A stretch of 64,000 nt of DNA, taken from contig CAWGVG010000021.1 of the NCBI GenBank assembly GCA_963825865.1, positions 1-64,000 of the forward strand, in the 5' to 3' direction. Of this stretch, positions 24,040 through 34,704 are shown piece after piece. Every line of letters begins with the position of its first letter. The first letter of the stretch is position 1. The position numbers and the translations under genes were made by a program. This DNA comes from an uncultured Nitrososphaeraceae archaeon. Its GTDB lineage: Archaea > Thermoproteota > Nitrososphaeria > Nitrososphaerales > Nitrososphaeraceae. The notes under the pieces are model-generated. The model saw only the letters and a program-made list of their open reading frames with translations. It did not search any database and was not told where the DNA came from.

Positions 24040-24220
24040 GTCATCTGCGATATTGCATGAAGCAATAGAATTACAAAGAGAAACAAGTTGGAAGTGGTGG
24101 AAGACTCAAAATTAAATATCGATGGAGAGATGCCAAGAGGAAATTATCGATATATGGCATTTCATAATACAATTATCGATAGAACTTGGAATGAATGCTA
24201 ATGCCATAGTAAGCATGTAG
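24040..24220 (+). pseudogene. Degraded fragment of a dimeric (all-alpha) dUTPase
   Basis: AILHEAIELQRETSWKWWK...EEIIDIWHFIIQLSIELGM with indels and stops; paralogous to 24421-24829. Confidence 0.7.
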
Positions 24221-24420
24221 CAAATATTTGGTTAGTAGAGATATGAAGCGTTCTCATTCGTTGTATCTCTAGCGATTTAGTAAAGATTCTTTATAAAGAT
24301 ACTCGTTTGTTTTTATTGTTATAGGATCATTATCTATTGTCCAAGCGTTTTGATTATGCTTGTAGAACGGTTGTTACAATAGCCGAAGACCACAAGTCAA
24401 AAAGTGAATAACTACTGCTA

Positions 24421-24829
24421 CTAGTAGCCATTCTTTTGTCTGTCTTTGTTTATTTGATTTTTCTTGAGGTATTCATCCAATATATGTGGGGGTGTCATTC
24501 CGAGCTCTATTGAAGCATCAACTACAAAATGCCATATGTCAATCAGCTCCTCCTTTGCTTCACTCTCATCAAACTCTATTGGCTTCTTCTTCCACCATTT
24601 CCAATTGGTCAGCCTTTGCAGTTCTACTGCTTCATGGATTATGGCAGGTACAGAGCGCAGATATTCTTTCCTCCTTTGATAGAGAAAGAAATTTCTTTGA
24701 ATATTGTGAGTCAATAGACGGTGAATACAACATGATAGCCTGATGCAACTCTTTTTGTTTTTGAAAAATAGCTTGTAGCATATCATCTTCGCCACTATTA
24801 TTATTCTTATTAGATGGACTTGTTATCAT
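24421..24829 (-). CDS. Dimeric dUTPase (dUTPase_2 / MazG-like fold), frameshifted
   Basis: MLQAIFQKQKEL...AIIHEAVELQRLTNWKWWKK...KEELIDIWHF...YLKKNQINKDRQKNGY. Confidence 0.85.
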
Positions 24830-25289
24830 CGCTTCTTTTATCTCGCTGGTAATTCTCCCCGCAATGAATTTATCCTTATTAGCCCATTTTTTTCTTCTTC
24901 TTACTTCATTATTGTTATCAAAGGGGTAACACCAAAATTCAACGGATACATATTTGGTGACATGGATTTCTTTTCTTGACCTTCAAGGGAACAAATGCCA
25001 ACGCAGAGGAGATCAGTTACATAAGATTTTCAAAAAAATGCAATAAAATGCAACTTTAATTATAAAGGCCCTTATATACTAACAGGAAGTTCCAAATTAG
25101 TGGAATTGTACCTAAATGTTCCTTGGAGTAACATAATCATACTACTAGAGCCTGTTTTAGTCAATTAGCAACAGTTAAAATTCGCTTGTCCTTCTTCTTT
25201 TTCTTTTTTTGTTCTGATTTTGCCTTGTCTCAATTATTAAGGTTGTCCAGTATTTTGTTATTATTATTATTATTATGAAACGGCTTATC

Positions 25290-25640
25290 CATATAATGTC
25301 CTTGATAAGATTGGTTGCTATACCCTCTTGCTGGGATGTTGGTAGTAGCATCATAGATAATACAGATGTGTCTTTAGACTGCACTTGGATTTTATCAGTC
25401 GGTACAAATAGCATTCCATTCCCTATGGACGGTCCACCATGGGTATTGGAGCATTAACATCATATTCCCATTAGCTTATTCCCCGGTTTCTTTGTCCAAT
25501 GCCAAAATCACACCCGAACTTGTTGTTTTGATGTGATTTATTTTAGTCTTTGTGTATTCTGTAAAAGAATATAGCCAGCAAACACAATGCTGTTGGTAAC
25601 TGATAGATAAAATCATGGTAGAAATTCTGTCAGACTATGT
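25290..25640 (-). pseudogene. 3' remnant of a PQQ-binding-like beta-propeller protein
   Basis: Manual reading across indels: VTNSIVFAGY...SGVILALDKETG..KL....VNAPIP.GGPSIGNGMLFVPT. Confidence 0.5.
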
Positions 25641-25718
25641 CATTTAGCATGGGCAATCATTTTATGACGCATTTGACGGACAATTTATTAGCTGCTTATC
25701 ATATTCTATAAAATATAA

Positions 25719-25990
25719 ATGCCTACTAAATTACCAAATATCACTAAATCTCTAGTGATACAGCAATGGCTTGAAGGTAAGTCGAGGGATGTAATTGCTG
25801 CCGAGAATGGATTGAGTGCTGGAGCTCTAATAAATTTAGTTAATGAATGGAAACATGCTTTGGGACTTGGTGCAGCAGACGAATTAAGAGATTAGGCTTT
25901 AACTTTAAGTAAATTGGGTATTACTCCTACTCAATGTGCTCTTGGTTTTAGAGTTGTAATGATAATAGACATATTTTGTAATTACGAAAG
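25719..25990 (+). pseudogene. 5' remnant of an HTH/coiled-coil protein
   Basis: MPTKLPNITKSLVIQQWLEGKSRDVIAAENGLSAG...NEWK...ADELR.LALTL.KLGITPTQCALGFR, truncated. Confidence 0.55.
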
Positions 25991-26399
25991 AAAATCTCTT
26001 TACGATAATTACGAGCCAGTCTCGCTCTGCTCTTAGAGTAACATCTTTCCATTAGTTCGCATTATTCTGAAGTTTACCAATCCTGAAACAATGTCAGAAG
26101 CATGCACGGTATGATTGTGATAGCCGATTAAAGCAAACTTCAGACAATTATAATAATTAACAATTTACATAGTTTAAACATCAACATCATTTGCTCGCAA
26201 TTATCTGCAGTCAATCTATACATGATTAATAAGGAGGTACAATTCCATATAGAATAATATTTGATTGTTCCCAGATAGATAAGGGCGTAGTTCGATAGTG
26301 AATTAATTTTTTTTGTACTTTTTCAAAGGAAATCTTAAAGATTAAAGCATAGATCCTCGTATTCGATTACAATTAATGTAAGTAGGAGGACACTCTTTG

Positions 26400-27269
26400 C
26401 TAGTTCGCAAGAGTCTTTGAAACTAATAATCTTTTATTTGTAATTAAAAGTTCCTCATGTTTCTGACGATTTGATGCATTACAGTTAATCTGTCGCGTTG
26501 TAGATATTGTCATGATATTGAAACCCTTATACAAATTCGTTATAAGCGTGGAATTTGAGTTTGATAGTAATACAGTGCATCCAATATTGCTTAACCTTCC
26601 AAACTCCTTTGCTAACATTATCTGCTGTGGACAACCAAAATCGTCTTTTGTATAATCCTTAAAATAACAAGTTTTACTTAATGGAAAATATGGAGGATCA
26701 AGATAAACAAAGTCACCATGTTGACATCTCAAAGTTATATTATGATAATACTCACATATTATCTCTGCATCAGCTCTCTGCAAAATTTCAGAAAAAGCCT
26801 CTAATTTTTTGCTATTGCAAATTATGGGATTAGTATAGGTTCCATGTGGAACATTAAACGATCCTGACTTATTGACCCGATGTAGACCGTTGTAGCAGGT
26901 TTTATTTAGAAAAAGCAATCGTGCTGCATTCTCTAGATCATTTGTGGAATGGTAGATGTCCCGTATATAATAATAATATTCTTCAGGTTTTTTATAATAA
27001 TTTGATTGGTGTATTTGCAAGATATCAATTAAGTCGCGAACATTGTCTCTAACGCATTTATAGACATTTATAAGGTCGCTATTTGAGTCAGACAAAATTG
27101 CTTTGAATCGGGGTTTCGTCTGGGCAAGATAAAGGAATAGAGATCCTCCGCCTAGAAAAGGTTCACAGTATCGATCAATAACTTGTGGGCAAAACTTACT
27201 TAAGAAATGAGCAATTCTTCTTTTTCCGCCTGCCCACTTAAGAATAGAACTTGTGGTATTTGTCCTCAA
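26400..27269 (-). CDS. dam: D12-class N6-adenine DNA methyltransferase (Dam family), no adjacent restriction gene
   Basis: LKWAGGK, EPFLGGGS, LNKTCYNGL.RVN..G.FNVP.G, FVYLDPPY, LSNS, ELLITN. Confidence 0.9.
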   Translation of the reverse strand: MRTNTTSSILKWAGGKRRIAHFLSKFCPQVIDRYCEPFLGGGSLFLYLAQTKPRFKAILSDSNSDLINVYKCVRDNVRDLIDILQIHQSNYYKKPEEYYYYIRDIYHSTNDLENAARLLFLNKTCYNGLHRVNKSGSFNVPHGTYTNPIICNSKKLEAFSEILQRADAEIICEYYHNITLRCQHGDFVYLDPPYFPLSKTCYFKDYTKDDFGCPQQIMLAKEFGRLSNIGCTVLLSNSNSTLITNLYKGFNIMTISTTRQINCNASNRQKHEELLITNKRLLVSKTLAN

Positions 27270-27608
27270 TTGTTCTTTTGAAACAAAACTAATTAAAAAA
27301 CTCTAATATACATGAAGCAGAGAAAAATCTATTCCATATTTTTCTGAAATTTATTTCTGATAAAGTGTATACATGTACTGTTTTAAACATCGTTATAACA
27401 AAATCATATCATTCATAGTTGGCTGAACCTTCATATTTGTAGTTGAATAATATAATTGAATAAACACTCTCTACAGCTTCTGTTTGTATTTTTGCTTACT
27501 TCACATTAATAGCTAACTGGTTTCTCCAAAAGTGAATCATAATACTATAACTCCTCTGATATTAACGAAGATACACTTTTCTTTAACTAAACAACTCACA
27601 CTATTATC

Positions 27609-28229
27609 TTGTTTTTAATGAATTATGATGATCTTGATGACCCATCTTTTATAATCAAGTGTTTAGTTATTGATAAGATGATACTAGCAAATATGTCTTC
27701 AGATGTAGGCCTCCTTGTTGTTTATACAGGAAAAGGCAAAGGCAAAACTACTGCTGCATTAGGGATTGTTTTGCGGTCAGTAGGTCATGGTTACAAGGTT
27801 GGAATGATTCAATTTATCAAGGGAGAATGGTATTATGGCGAACTTAGCAGTTCAAAGAGATTAGAACCAGAATTTGAAATGATTGCAGCTGGCAGAGGAT
27901 TCGTTGGAATTATTGATGATGATCATCCTATTGAAGATCATCAAAGAGCAGCTCAAGAGGCAGTTGCACTAGCAAATGAAAGGCTCTCATCAGGACTATA
28001 TGATGTTATGATACTAGACGAAATCAACTACGCTATAAAATTAAATTTAATATCTGTTCAGAATGTCTTAGACATTATTAAAAAAAAGCCCAAGAAAACT
28101 ACCCTAGTTCTAACAGGCAATTATGCCCCTGCCGAGATCATTGCCGTTGCTGATCTGGTTACAGAGATGAAAGAGATCAAACATCCTTACCAATTAGGAT
28201 TCAAAGCAAAAAAAGGAATTGATTATTAG
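27609..28229 (+). CDS. cobO: Cob(I)yrinic acid a,c-diamide adenosyltransferase (true start probably ~27680-27695)
   Basis: VYTGKGKGKTTAALG, IQFIKG, ILDEIN, VLTG, ADLVTEM, KHPY..G..A..GIDY. Confidence 0.93.
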   Translation: MFLMNYDDLDDPSFIIKCLVIDKMILANMSSDVGLLVVYTGKGKGKTTAALGIVLRSVGHGYKVGMIQFIKGEWYYGELSSSKRLEPEFEMIAAGRGFVGIIDDDHPIEDHQRAAQEAVALANERLSSGLYDVMILDEINYAIKLNLISVQNVLDIIKKKPKKTTLVLTGNYAPAEIIAVADLVTEMKEIKHPYQLGFKAKKGIDY

Positions 28230-28980
28230 AACTTCTTAAGTCGTATCATTTGTTTCTTATTTTTTGTTTTTCGCTGTGTAAGGCTAAGACATCGCTCATA
28301 GTTTGTTGTGTGAGCTAATCTAACCATTAGATGGGAATGCTTTGATATTAATACATCATGTATATGCAAGTTACCTTTTAACCATTAGAGATGTTGTTCT
28401 GGTGAACTTCTTTTTCTAAGTACAAAGGTTGCTTACTAAATATTCTTATTTCTTTAAAAGACTATTTGTATATCTTGTACGTGGAGCTCAAAAATGAATA
28501 GAACACATGTTTTGTACGTTAGTACGGCTAGAGGAGCCATAATTATTATCATTTTAGGTGCTCTTTTTTTACACAAATAACAATACAATATTATCTCTTT
28601 GGATCAAACAAATGTTTCGTTTCAGTTTCTTCTTAAACTAACATATATGAAAGAAGCGTAAATATAATAAAACAATTGATCCTATGTGCTAATTCAATAT
28701 GTGCATATCATATTTCTGTCTTTTGGAATTAGTGTTGATAATGTGAAACGATCGCTCATATAAAATAATAATAACAAAGTGGAAATGTGTTACACTCTTT
28801 CTGATCAGTAGGTTCTATAAATATGAAGTTTTTTGCTAGTCCAAAGCCTACATTCTCTTATCTCCATATATGATTGTTCAACCACATTTTGTTGACATAG
28901 AATACACAGCAGCATAAATAGATCTTACCATGTACTTGGCTATGACATCACTTTCTAAATCTATGCCTACAACAAAAGTT

Positions 28981-29330
28981 ATGGCATTACATATATTGGA
29001 ACACATTTACTGTTGTAGTTGAAAGTAAGCCAATCAATGCTCCACAAAATATTGGTATAGATTCATCGTTATGGAAAGACCACTATTTAGATAATCATGG
29101 CATACAAGGAATGACACCATTACATACTCATGACGATAATAGCCACTAATACATGCAGAATCTGCAATAAATAAGAATTACACATTATATGAGTTTCTAA
29201 ATATATGGAATGGACTAACTAGACTTCCTTGGTAAAAATGTTAAATGTGACTGTCGATGTCAAATATGTACTTGATTTTAGAAATATTGCCTTACGAGAT
29301 GAAGTACAAATCAAATCTTAGAATTGATGA
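28981..29330 (+). pseudogene. Degraded conserved exported protein (His-rich HTHD motif family)
   Basis: Fragments KPINAPQNIGIDSSLWKDH...MTPLHTHDD...IHAES...YTLYEFLNIW with several indels. Confidence 0.45.
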
Positions 29331-29433
29331 CAGTAGTATTGTTATTTCTACTTCTCTTTTCCTATATCCAACTGCAAACTAATCAAGATAGGGCAACCTT
29401 AAAGTATACCATTTGTACGGTTTACCTTTACAA

Positions 29434-30240
29434 ATGGTTACTGCAGAGATTAAAAAACTTCCTGAAGAAGGCGACATTGTTATTGCAACTATCATGGAAG
29501 TTACAGGTCACGGGGCGTATGTTAGGCTAGACGAATATAACGGAATGACTGGTTTTCTGCATATTTCTGAAATTGCAACAGGATGGATACGTAATATTGA
29601 ACGTTACGTAAAACCAAAACAGAAGGCTGTTTTAAAGGTAGTCAGAGTAGATAAGGCAAGAGCCGAAGTCGATCTTTCACTCAAGCAAGTATCTGGAGAA
29701 GAAAGAAAAGCCAAACTTATTGAGGTAAAAAAGAATGAAAAAGCTTCTGCATTCATGGAAATCATAAAGTCAAAAACCAAGTTCACTGATGCCCAGTTAA
29801 AAGAAATAGAAGATAAAATTCTCCAAAAGTATGATTATGTTTATGATGTTTTTGAAATTGTTGCAAAGAGAGGGATTGATACTATTCAAAACCTTGGATT
29901 ATCCCCTGAAGTCTTAAAGGCTATTGAAGAGGAAAGCAACAAGATACAGACTCCACATGTTGAAATTAGAGGGGTAATAGAGATTTCTTTGAAGAAGCCT
30001 GATGGTATTGATTTAATTAAAAATACATTAACAGCAGTAGAATCTAATAAGAGTAGTTCAAACGTTACTGTCACCTACGTTGGAGCTCCGAAATATAGAA
30101 TCGTTGTTATAGCGGAAAATTTTAAGGTGGCTGAGAAGACAATGAACAACATGATAGAAAAGATTCGTTCTGCTATTGACAAACATCATGGCACTTTTAA
30201 TTTTATTCGTGAAGAATCAAAGAAAACCCATCAAGGATAG
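29434..30240 (+). CDS. eif2a: Translation initiation factor aIF-2 alpha subunit
   Basis: LPEEGDIVIATI, GAYVRLDEY, LHISEIATGWIRNI (S1 domain), YVGAPKYRI. Confidence 0.95.
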   Translation: MVTAEIKKLPEEGDIVIATIMEVTGHGAYVRLDEYNGMTGFLHISEIATGWIRNIERYVKPKQKAVLKVVRVDKARAEVDLSLKQVSGEERKAKLIEVKKNEKASAFMEIIKSKTKFTDAQLKEIEDKILQKYDYVYDVFEIVAKRGIDTIQNLGLSPEVLKAIEEESNKIQTPHVEIRGVIEISLKKPDGIDLIKNTLTAVESNKSSSNVTVTYVGAPKYRIVVIAENFKVAEKTMNNMIEKIRSAIDKHHGTFNFIREESKKTHQG

Positions 30241-30244
30241 ACAA

Positions 30245-30430
30245 TTGAAACATCTTATTCGAAAATGCTCTTTGTGTGAAACATATACACTGAAACAGCA
30301 ATGTCCAAAATGCAATGCAGCTACCATTTATCCTCATCCTGGAAGATACTCGCCTGAAGACAAATATATAGGATATAGAGTTGCAGACCGTTATACGAAA
30401 TCAGATAGAGACAGTGCGCATAGTAATTGA
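30245..30430 (+). CDS. nop10: H/ACA RNP protein Nop10
   Basis: LIRKCSLCETYTLKQQCPKC...PHPGRYSPEDKY..YR; typical position after aIF2-alpha. Confidence 0.9.
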   Translation: MKHLIRKCSLCETYTLKQQCPKCNAATIYPHPGRYSPEDKYIGYRVADRYTKSDRDSAHSN

Positions 30431-30632
30431 AAATCTCTAGGCCATATTTATGTTATTTTCTTTCAAGTTAATAGAGATCATATCACAAGTATAAAATAGC
30501 ACTTTTATTTTGTAATTTGTTATCTAATAATGATGACTTTTTTGATATAATCCAGTTTGCTTTTTTTAGCAGTTTCTTCAATTTGTTCGTTCCGTATCAT
30601 TTTGTCATCATATCAGCATTTTGTTGCATAAT

Positions 30633-31150
30633 TTAAAAAATATATTTATCCAGGCTACCATTAGTGCCAAATACAGCTATTGCTCTTGCATCTTGTTTTC
30701 TTTTACTCTTCCCTTGTCTTCCTTTATCCAGGTCAGTTGCCTGTCTTATCATCTCCAAAGTATTGACATCATGGGTATGTGATAGATATATAGTATATAT
30801 CAATGCTGTATCCTTTCCTTCAGTCTTTCTTACTATTCTGCCTATTCGTTGTACTATTTGATTCATGTTGGATGTTGTTGCTAATATTATTGCTACCCGA
30901 ACTTCTGGTACGTCATATCCTATTTCTAGCGTATGTACTGAAAGTAATGGAAAAAATTCTTTTCCCCATTCTGATAATATTTTTTGTCTTTCTTTTGATT
31001 TTAATTTGCTATCAATCATCATAGACTCTATTCCTTTATTTTGTAACATTTCTTTTAGTTTTTGAATGGATTCTATAGTTTCACTAAAGACCATAATCCT
31101 TTCAGAAGGATGTTTTGTTGCTATGATACCTACTGCTGCCTAATAGTTTA
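30633..31150 (-). pseudogene. 3' half of an XPB/Rad25-like helicase gene interrupted by the integrated element
   Basis: KLL-AAVGIIATKHPSERIMVFSETIES...GYDVPE...QRIGR; starts at the direct repeat and continues the 49183-50158 fragment. Confidence 0.88.
31130..31150 (+). repeat. Left attachment site (direct repeat)
   Basis: CTACTGCTGCCTAATAGTTTA versus CTATTGCTGC-TAATAGTTTA at 49183-49202 (one substitution, one extra C). Confidence 0.85.
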
Positions 31151-31163
31151 CATATAATACTAA

Positions 31164-31195
31164 CTTATATAAGTACGCATCGTATAGTTATGCGT
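31164..31195 (+). promoter_or_regulatory. Putative integrase promoter (TATA-like box) followed by an inverted repeat
   Basis: CTTATATAAG at 31164-31173, then ACGCAT-N9-ATGCGT at 31175-31195. Confidence 0.4.
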
Positions 31196-31293
31196 GAGAA
31201 ATAACAGTAGTAATAATCCCGCTGCCTAAATCAAAATCAAAAGAAGCCATTATTGATGCTACTTCTAACTATATCCTTGATACTGATGATGAT

Positions 31294-32616
31294 ATGAGAA
31301 AGAAGATAGAAAACATTACAGAAGGACTTTCCGCTAACTGCTTTAACATTCTATATAATAGGATACTACCAGCATCAAGGGATAATACCCTAACGATTTG
31401 CAATTATATTTCTTCTTTGAGATCAGAAATTAATTTAGTTGACCATTATAGAAAAGACGTAATAATTTTGCTAAGTAACTTCTCAGTTTATCATAAAGGT
31501 AAATCATTCGAATCTATAACAAGACATGATATACTCGCATTCCTAGATAGTTATAGAAAGCCAGAAGAATCAGATCCATTTCACAAGTGGATGGGGACAT
31601 ACAACACATACAGAATGCACTTGATGAAATTTTACAAGTGGTTATATTACCCTGATATAGAACAAAACAAAAGACCGAAACCATCAGTTATTGAAAACAT
31701 CCCTCAGTTAAAAAGAAAAGAAAAATCAATTTACAAGCCAACTGATTTATGGAAACAGGAAGACGATTTATTATTTCTGAAATACTGTCCTTCAAAGAGA
31801 ATCAAGTGCTACCACACGGTTTCAAGAGATACCAGTTGCAGGCCGCATGAGATATTGAAGTTAAGGATAAAAGATATTGTGTTCAAATCTGTGGGAAACA
31901 GGCAATATGCCGAAGTTCTTGTGAATGGCAAGACTGGTAGCAGACATATACCGTTGATTGATTCAATTCCCTTTGTAAAGGATTATCTGGATCACGAGCA
32001 TCCGCTGAGCGGAAATCCAAATTCAATATTTATCTGTGGAAACGGCAAGAGTCTAGGTAAGAGCATAGGTATCATAAGCCTGTATCGAATATACGATAAA
32101 TACAAGCAAGAACACTTTCCGAAACTATTGGAGAGTCCTAACGTTCCGCCTGAAGACAAGCAAAAAATTAAAGAATTGCTCAAGAAGCCCTGGAATCCAT
32201 ACATCAGAAGGCATTCAGCATTGACAGACAAATCTAAGATATTGAAGGAACATGTATTAAGACAGTATGCAGGATGGTCTATAGGTTCGCAAATGCCTCA
32301 AAAATATCTCCACTATTTTGGAAATGAATCAAACGAAAGTATCTTAGAAGCATATGGAATAGTTACTAAGGACAAACAATTTGCAGATGCATTGAGGCCA
32401 AAACAGTGTCCCAACTGCAATGAGCCAAACAAACCAGATAGCAAGTTCTGTGCTAAATGTAGGATGGTATTAACATATGACGCTTACAATGAAACGATCG
32501 AACAGAAAGAGCAGAACGACAAGCAGATTGAGACCTTAACAAAGAAGCAGGAACAGTTCGAGCAGTTAATTCAATCACTTATAGATTCAGGACAGTTGAC
32601 TCCGGGTATTAAGTAG
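31294..32616 (+). CDS. Tyrosine recombinase/integrase with C-terminal Zn ribbon, intact
   Basis: SCRPHEILKL, VNGKTG, PYIRRHSAL, YAGWS, QKYLHY; CPNC...CAKC tail; ~140 bp from the left att. Confidence 0.92.
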   Translation: MRKKIENITEGLSANCFNILYNRILPASRDNTLTICNYISSLRSEINLVDHYRKDVIILLSNFSVYHKGKSFESITRHDILAFLDSYRKPEESDPFHKWMGTYNTYRMHLMKFYKWLYYPDIEQNKRPKPSVIENIPQLKRKEKSIYKPTDLWKQEDDLLFLKYCPSKRIKCYHTVSRDTSCRPHEILKLRIKDIVFKSVGNRQYAEVLVNGKTGSRHIPLIDSIPFVKDYLDHEHPLSGNPNSIFICGNGKSLGKSIGIISLYRIYDKYKQEHFPKLLESPNVPPEDKQKIKELLKKPWNPYIRRHSALTDKSKILKEHVLRQYAGWSIGSQMPQKYLHYFGNESNESILEAYGIVTKDKQFADALRPKQCPNCNEPNKPDSKFCAKCRMVLTYDAYNETIEQKEQNDKQIETLTKKQEQFEQLIQSLIDSGQLTPGIK

Positions 32617-33020
32617 TTGAGCAATGCATTTGCATAATATGATCAAAGTATGTTATACCCCCTTGAGTGTATACGGCTCTTTTTTCCTCTTCTGTTGACT
32701 TTGTATCACGAGCGAGATCAGTAGCAATTTTCTTAATCAGATCATCAGTAACATCTTCTTTATTTATGAATGCACTACCAGATTGTATTTCCTTAATGCC
32801 ATATTTTAAGACTGGTCTATAGGTATTGAGAAATTCTTTTTCATATCCTTTCATCTGATGAAGACCAGCCTCAATGGAATATTTTCTATGTTCGAAATAA
32901 ATATCTGAGCTAGTAATTGCATTATCGATTTTTTTAAAAGATTCTTGGTCGTTAAGAACTTGATCTATTATCTGCTTTACTCTTGATTTGTCATATACGA
33001 TTTTCTTCCCCTTGTTTCAT
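32609..33020 (-). CDS. Hypothetical protein (frameshifted; includes ORF 32609-32854)
   Basis: ATG at 33020 directly after the 33023-33427 stop; coding-like sequence continues into ORF 32609-32854. Confidence 0.4.
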
Positions 33021-33022
33021 TG

Positions 33023-33427
33023 TTAGGGTTTGACTGAGAGATAGGTCTTCCCCTTGGATTGGAAAAGTTCTTTTTTGCTGCGTTTCAAGATAAGCCGTCT
33101 AGATATTGAAGATAGCACATCAGATAACTCAGGATTTCCTATATTCTTTTCTTCATTTGCTAGTACAGCCCTAAAATCACGTGGACGTGTAGGGAGCTTC
33201 CGATTATTAGTTAAAATATTGATAGAGATAGTATTGTCAGTTACAGCTGTTTTAGATTGTTTAAATGGCTTTGAATCATGAACGGCACATTCCTCAGGAC
33301 TTTCTCTTGCGATCGTTCTTTTCATGATAGTCAATGTACCCCAAATAATGCCATCAGTGATAGTTGACATTTGTTCTGCATTGACAGTTATCTTTGATTC
33401 CTCATCAGTCAAATCAAAACTAGCCAA
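33023..33427 (-). CDS. Hypothetical protein, possible DNA-binding regulator divergent from the replication operon
   Basis: 134-aa ORF; basic C-terminus resembling a wHTH wing. Confidence 0.45.
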   Translation of the reverse strand: MASFDLTDEESKITVNAEQMSTITDGIIWGTLTIMKRTIARESPEECAVHDSKPFKQSKTAVTDNTISINILTNNRKLPTRPRDFRAVLANEEKNIGNPELSDVLSSISRRLILKRSKKELFQSKGKTYLSVKP

Positions 33428-33596
33428 TAATAACCATATATTTTATACCATAAAAAGCGTTTGTGAACTCTCGTAACACAATTACTATACGACATCAAGT
33501 ATATGAACGTCTAAAACGTCACGGTGTGTTCGGAGAATCTTTTAGCAAGTTGATAACCAGACTTTTGGACGAACTAGAAAGAGGGAGCAACACAGA

Positions 33597-33818
33597 TTGA
33601 CGTATAACAGCTTGGATTTTCTTAGCAGATACTGCAGAAATAACAAGCATAACGAATGTTCTGGCATATGGCATGGATTAGGTATAGAAGTTTCCTGTTA
33701 TTGTAACTGTCATAGTAAAAAAGATAAGCAGGCGTTAGATTCGGTAGAGGGACCAGCAGCTAACGCCTTTCATCATATTCAGTTGTCTTCTTCTAAAGAG
33801 GTTAATCAAAGAAGATGA
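33597..33818 (+). CDS. Small Cys/His-rich putative Zn-binding protein, first gene of the replication operon
   Basis: YC....H..C...........CYCNCH; its TGA overlaps the ATG at 33815 (ATGA). Confidence 0.55.
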   Translation: MTYNSLDFLSRYCRNNKHNECSGIWHGLGIEVSCYCNCHSKKDKQALDSVEGPAANAFHHIQLSSSKEVNQRR

Positions 33819-34700
33819 CAGTGAACTGATATAGCCTCTAAAGATAACAATAAACCTTTCGATAATTCTATTACTGTATATAAGAATAGTTCTACCGAAG
33901 AACTGACATATAATGATAATAATTATGATAGCATCCGGCCCGAACTATTAACAAAATACCTTGGGGCAGGTTTCAAGCTTGTACCTGTTGGGAAGGACTC
34001 GAAAACTCCTGCTGTTGATTCTACTAACGAGATTTACAATAATACTAATTACTGGACAGAAGAAAAGCTGGTAAAAGATTATTCCAGATTTTCAAATGTG
34101 GCTACTACGTTTGGTATAACTCATGTTAAGGACGGACATGGAAAAGAAGAAGTCTTGTATCTGCATTGTTTGGACATCGATAGCGATAATGTCTTAAGAC
34201 TCACATCTGATTCTGCTGGAAGAATTACAATCAAAAACATTTGTGACCAAGACGAAGAAAGATTGTAGATACCATGTATACTGGTTAAGTCATACACAGA
34301 ACCCTTCTATTGGAGTAAATAAGTGTAAGCGTGATTATGAATTTGAAATAAAAACTGATAATAGTTTGGGACTCTGCAGTTTGCCTCCTAGCCAACATAG
34401 AGACGATCCATATTTCAGATATCAATGTGTGGGACGAGAAATAAGATCGCTCTTGATGACGGACTTTATGATAAATTATTACAACTACTTTCAAAAGACT
34501 GTTTGATAAGTAATGATGACGATGATAATAATGACGAAGGGAAAAATACAAGAGAAGATGCCAGCAGAGCAAATAGAAGATCTAGATTTGAAACTGCTTA
34601 CAAGGATTTAACAGATACAGCTGTAGAGCAAGTAATAGCCCACGTCAAAGATAGTCTATCAGAAAGGATATAGAGATCCCATAGTTTTTGGCCTTTCTGG
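33815..34700 (+). CDS. Bifunctional primase-polymerase (Prim-Pol, AEP superfamily) domain, N-terminal part of the replicase
   Basis: Manual translation YLGAGFKLVPVGKDSKTP...NVATTFG...LHCLDIDS (DxD)...TKTKKDC.YHVYW...LPPSQH; GAGGT upstream of ATG 33815; several indels. Confidence 0.75.
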
Positions 34701-34704
34701 TTTA

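Noticed and set aside
31139-31140. Extra C in the left att as a real inactivating mutation
   Set aside because: A one-base homopolymer extension in an indel-rich sequence; cannot be told from error without reads.
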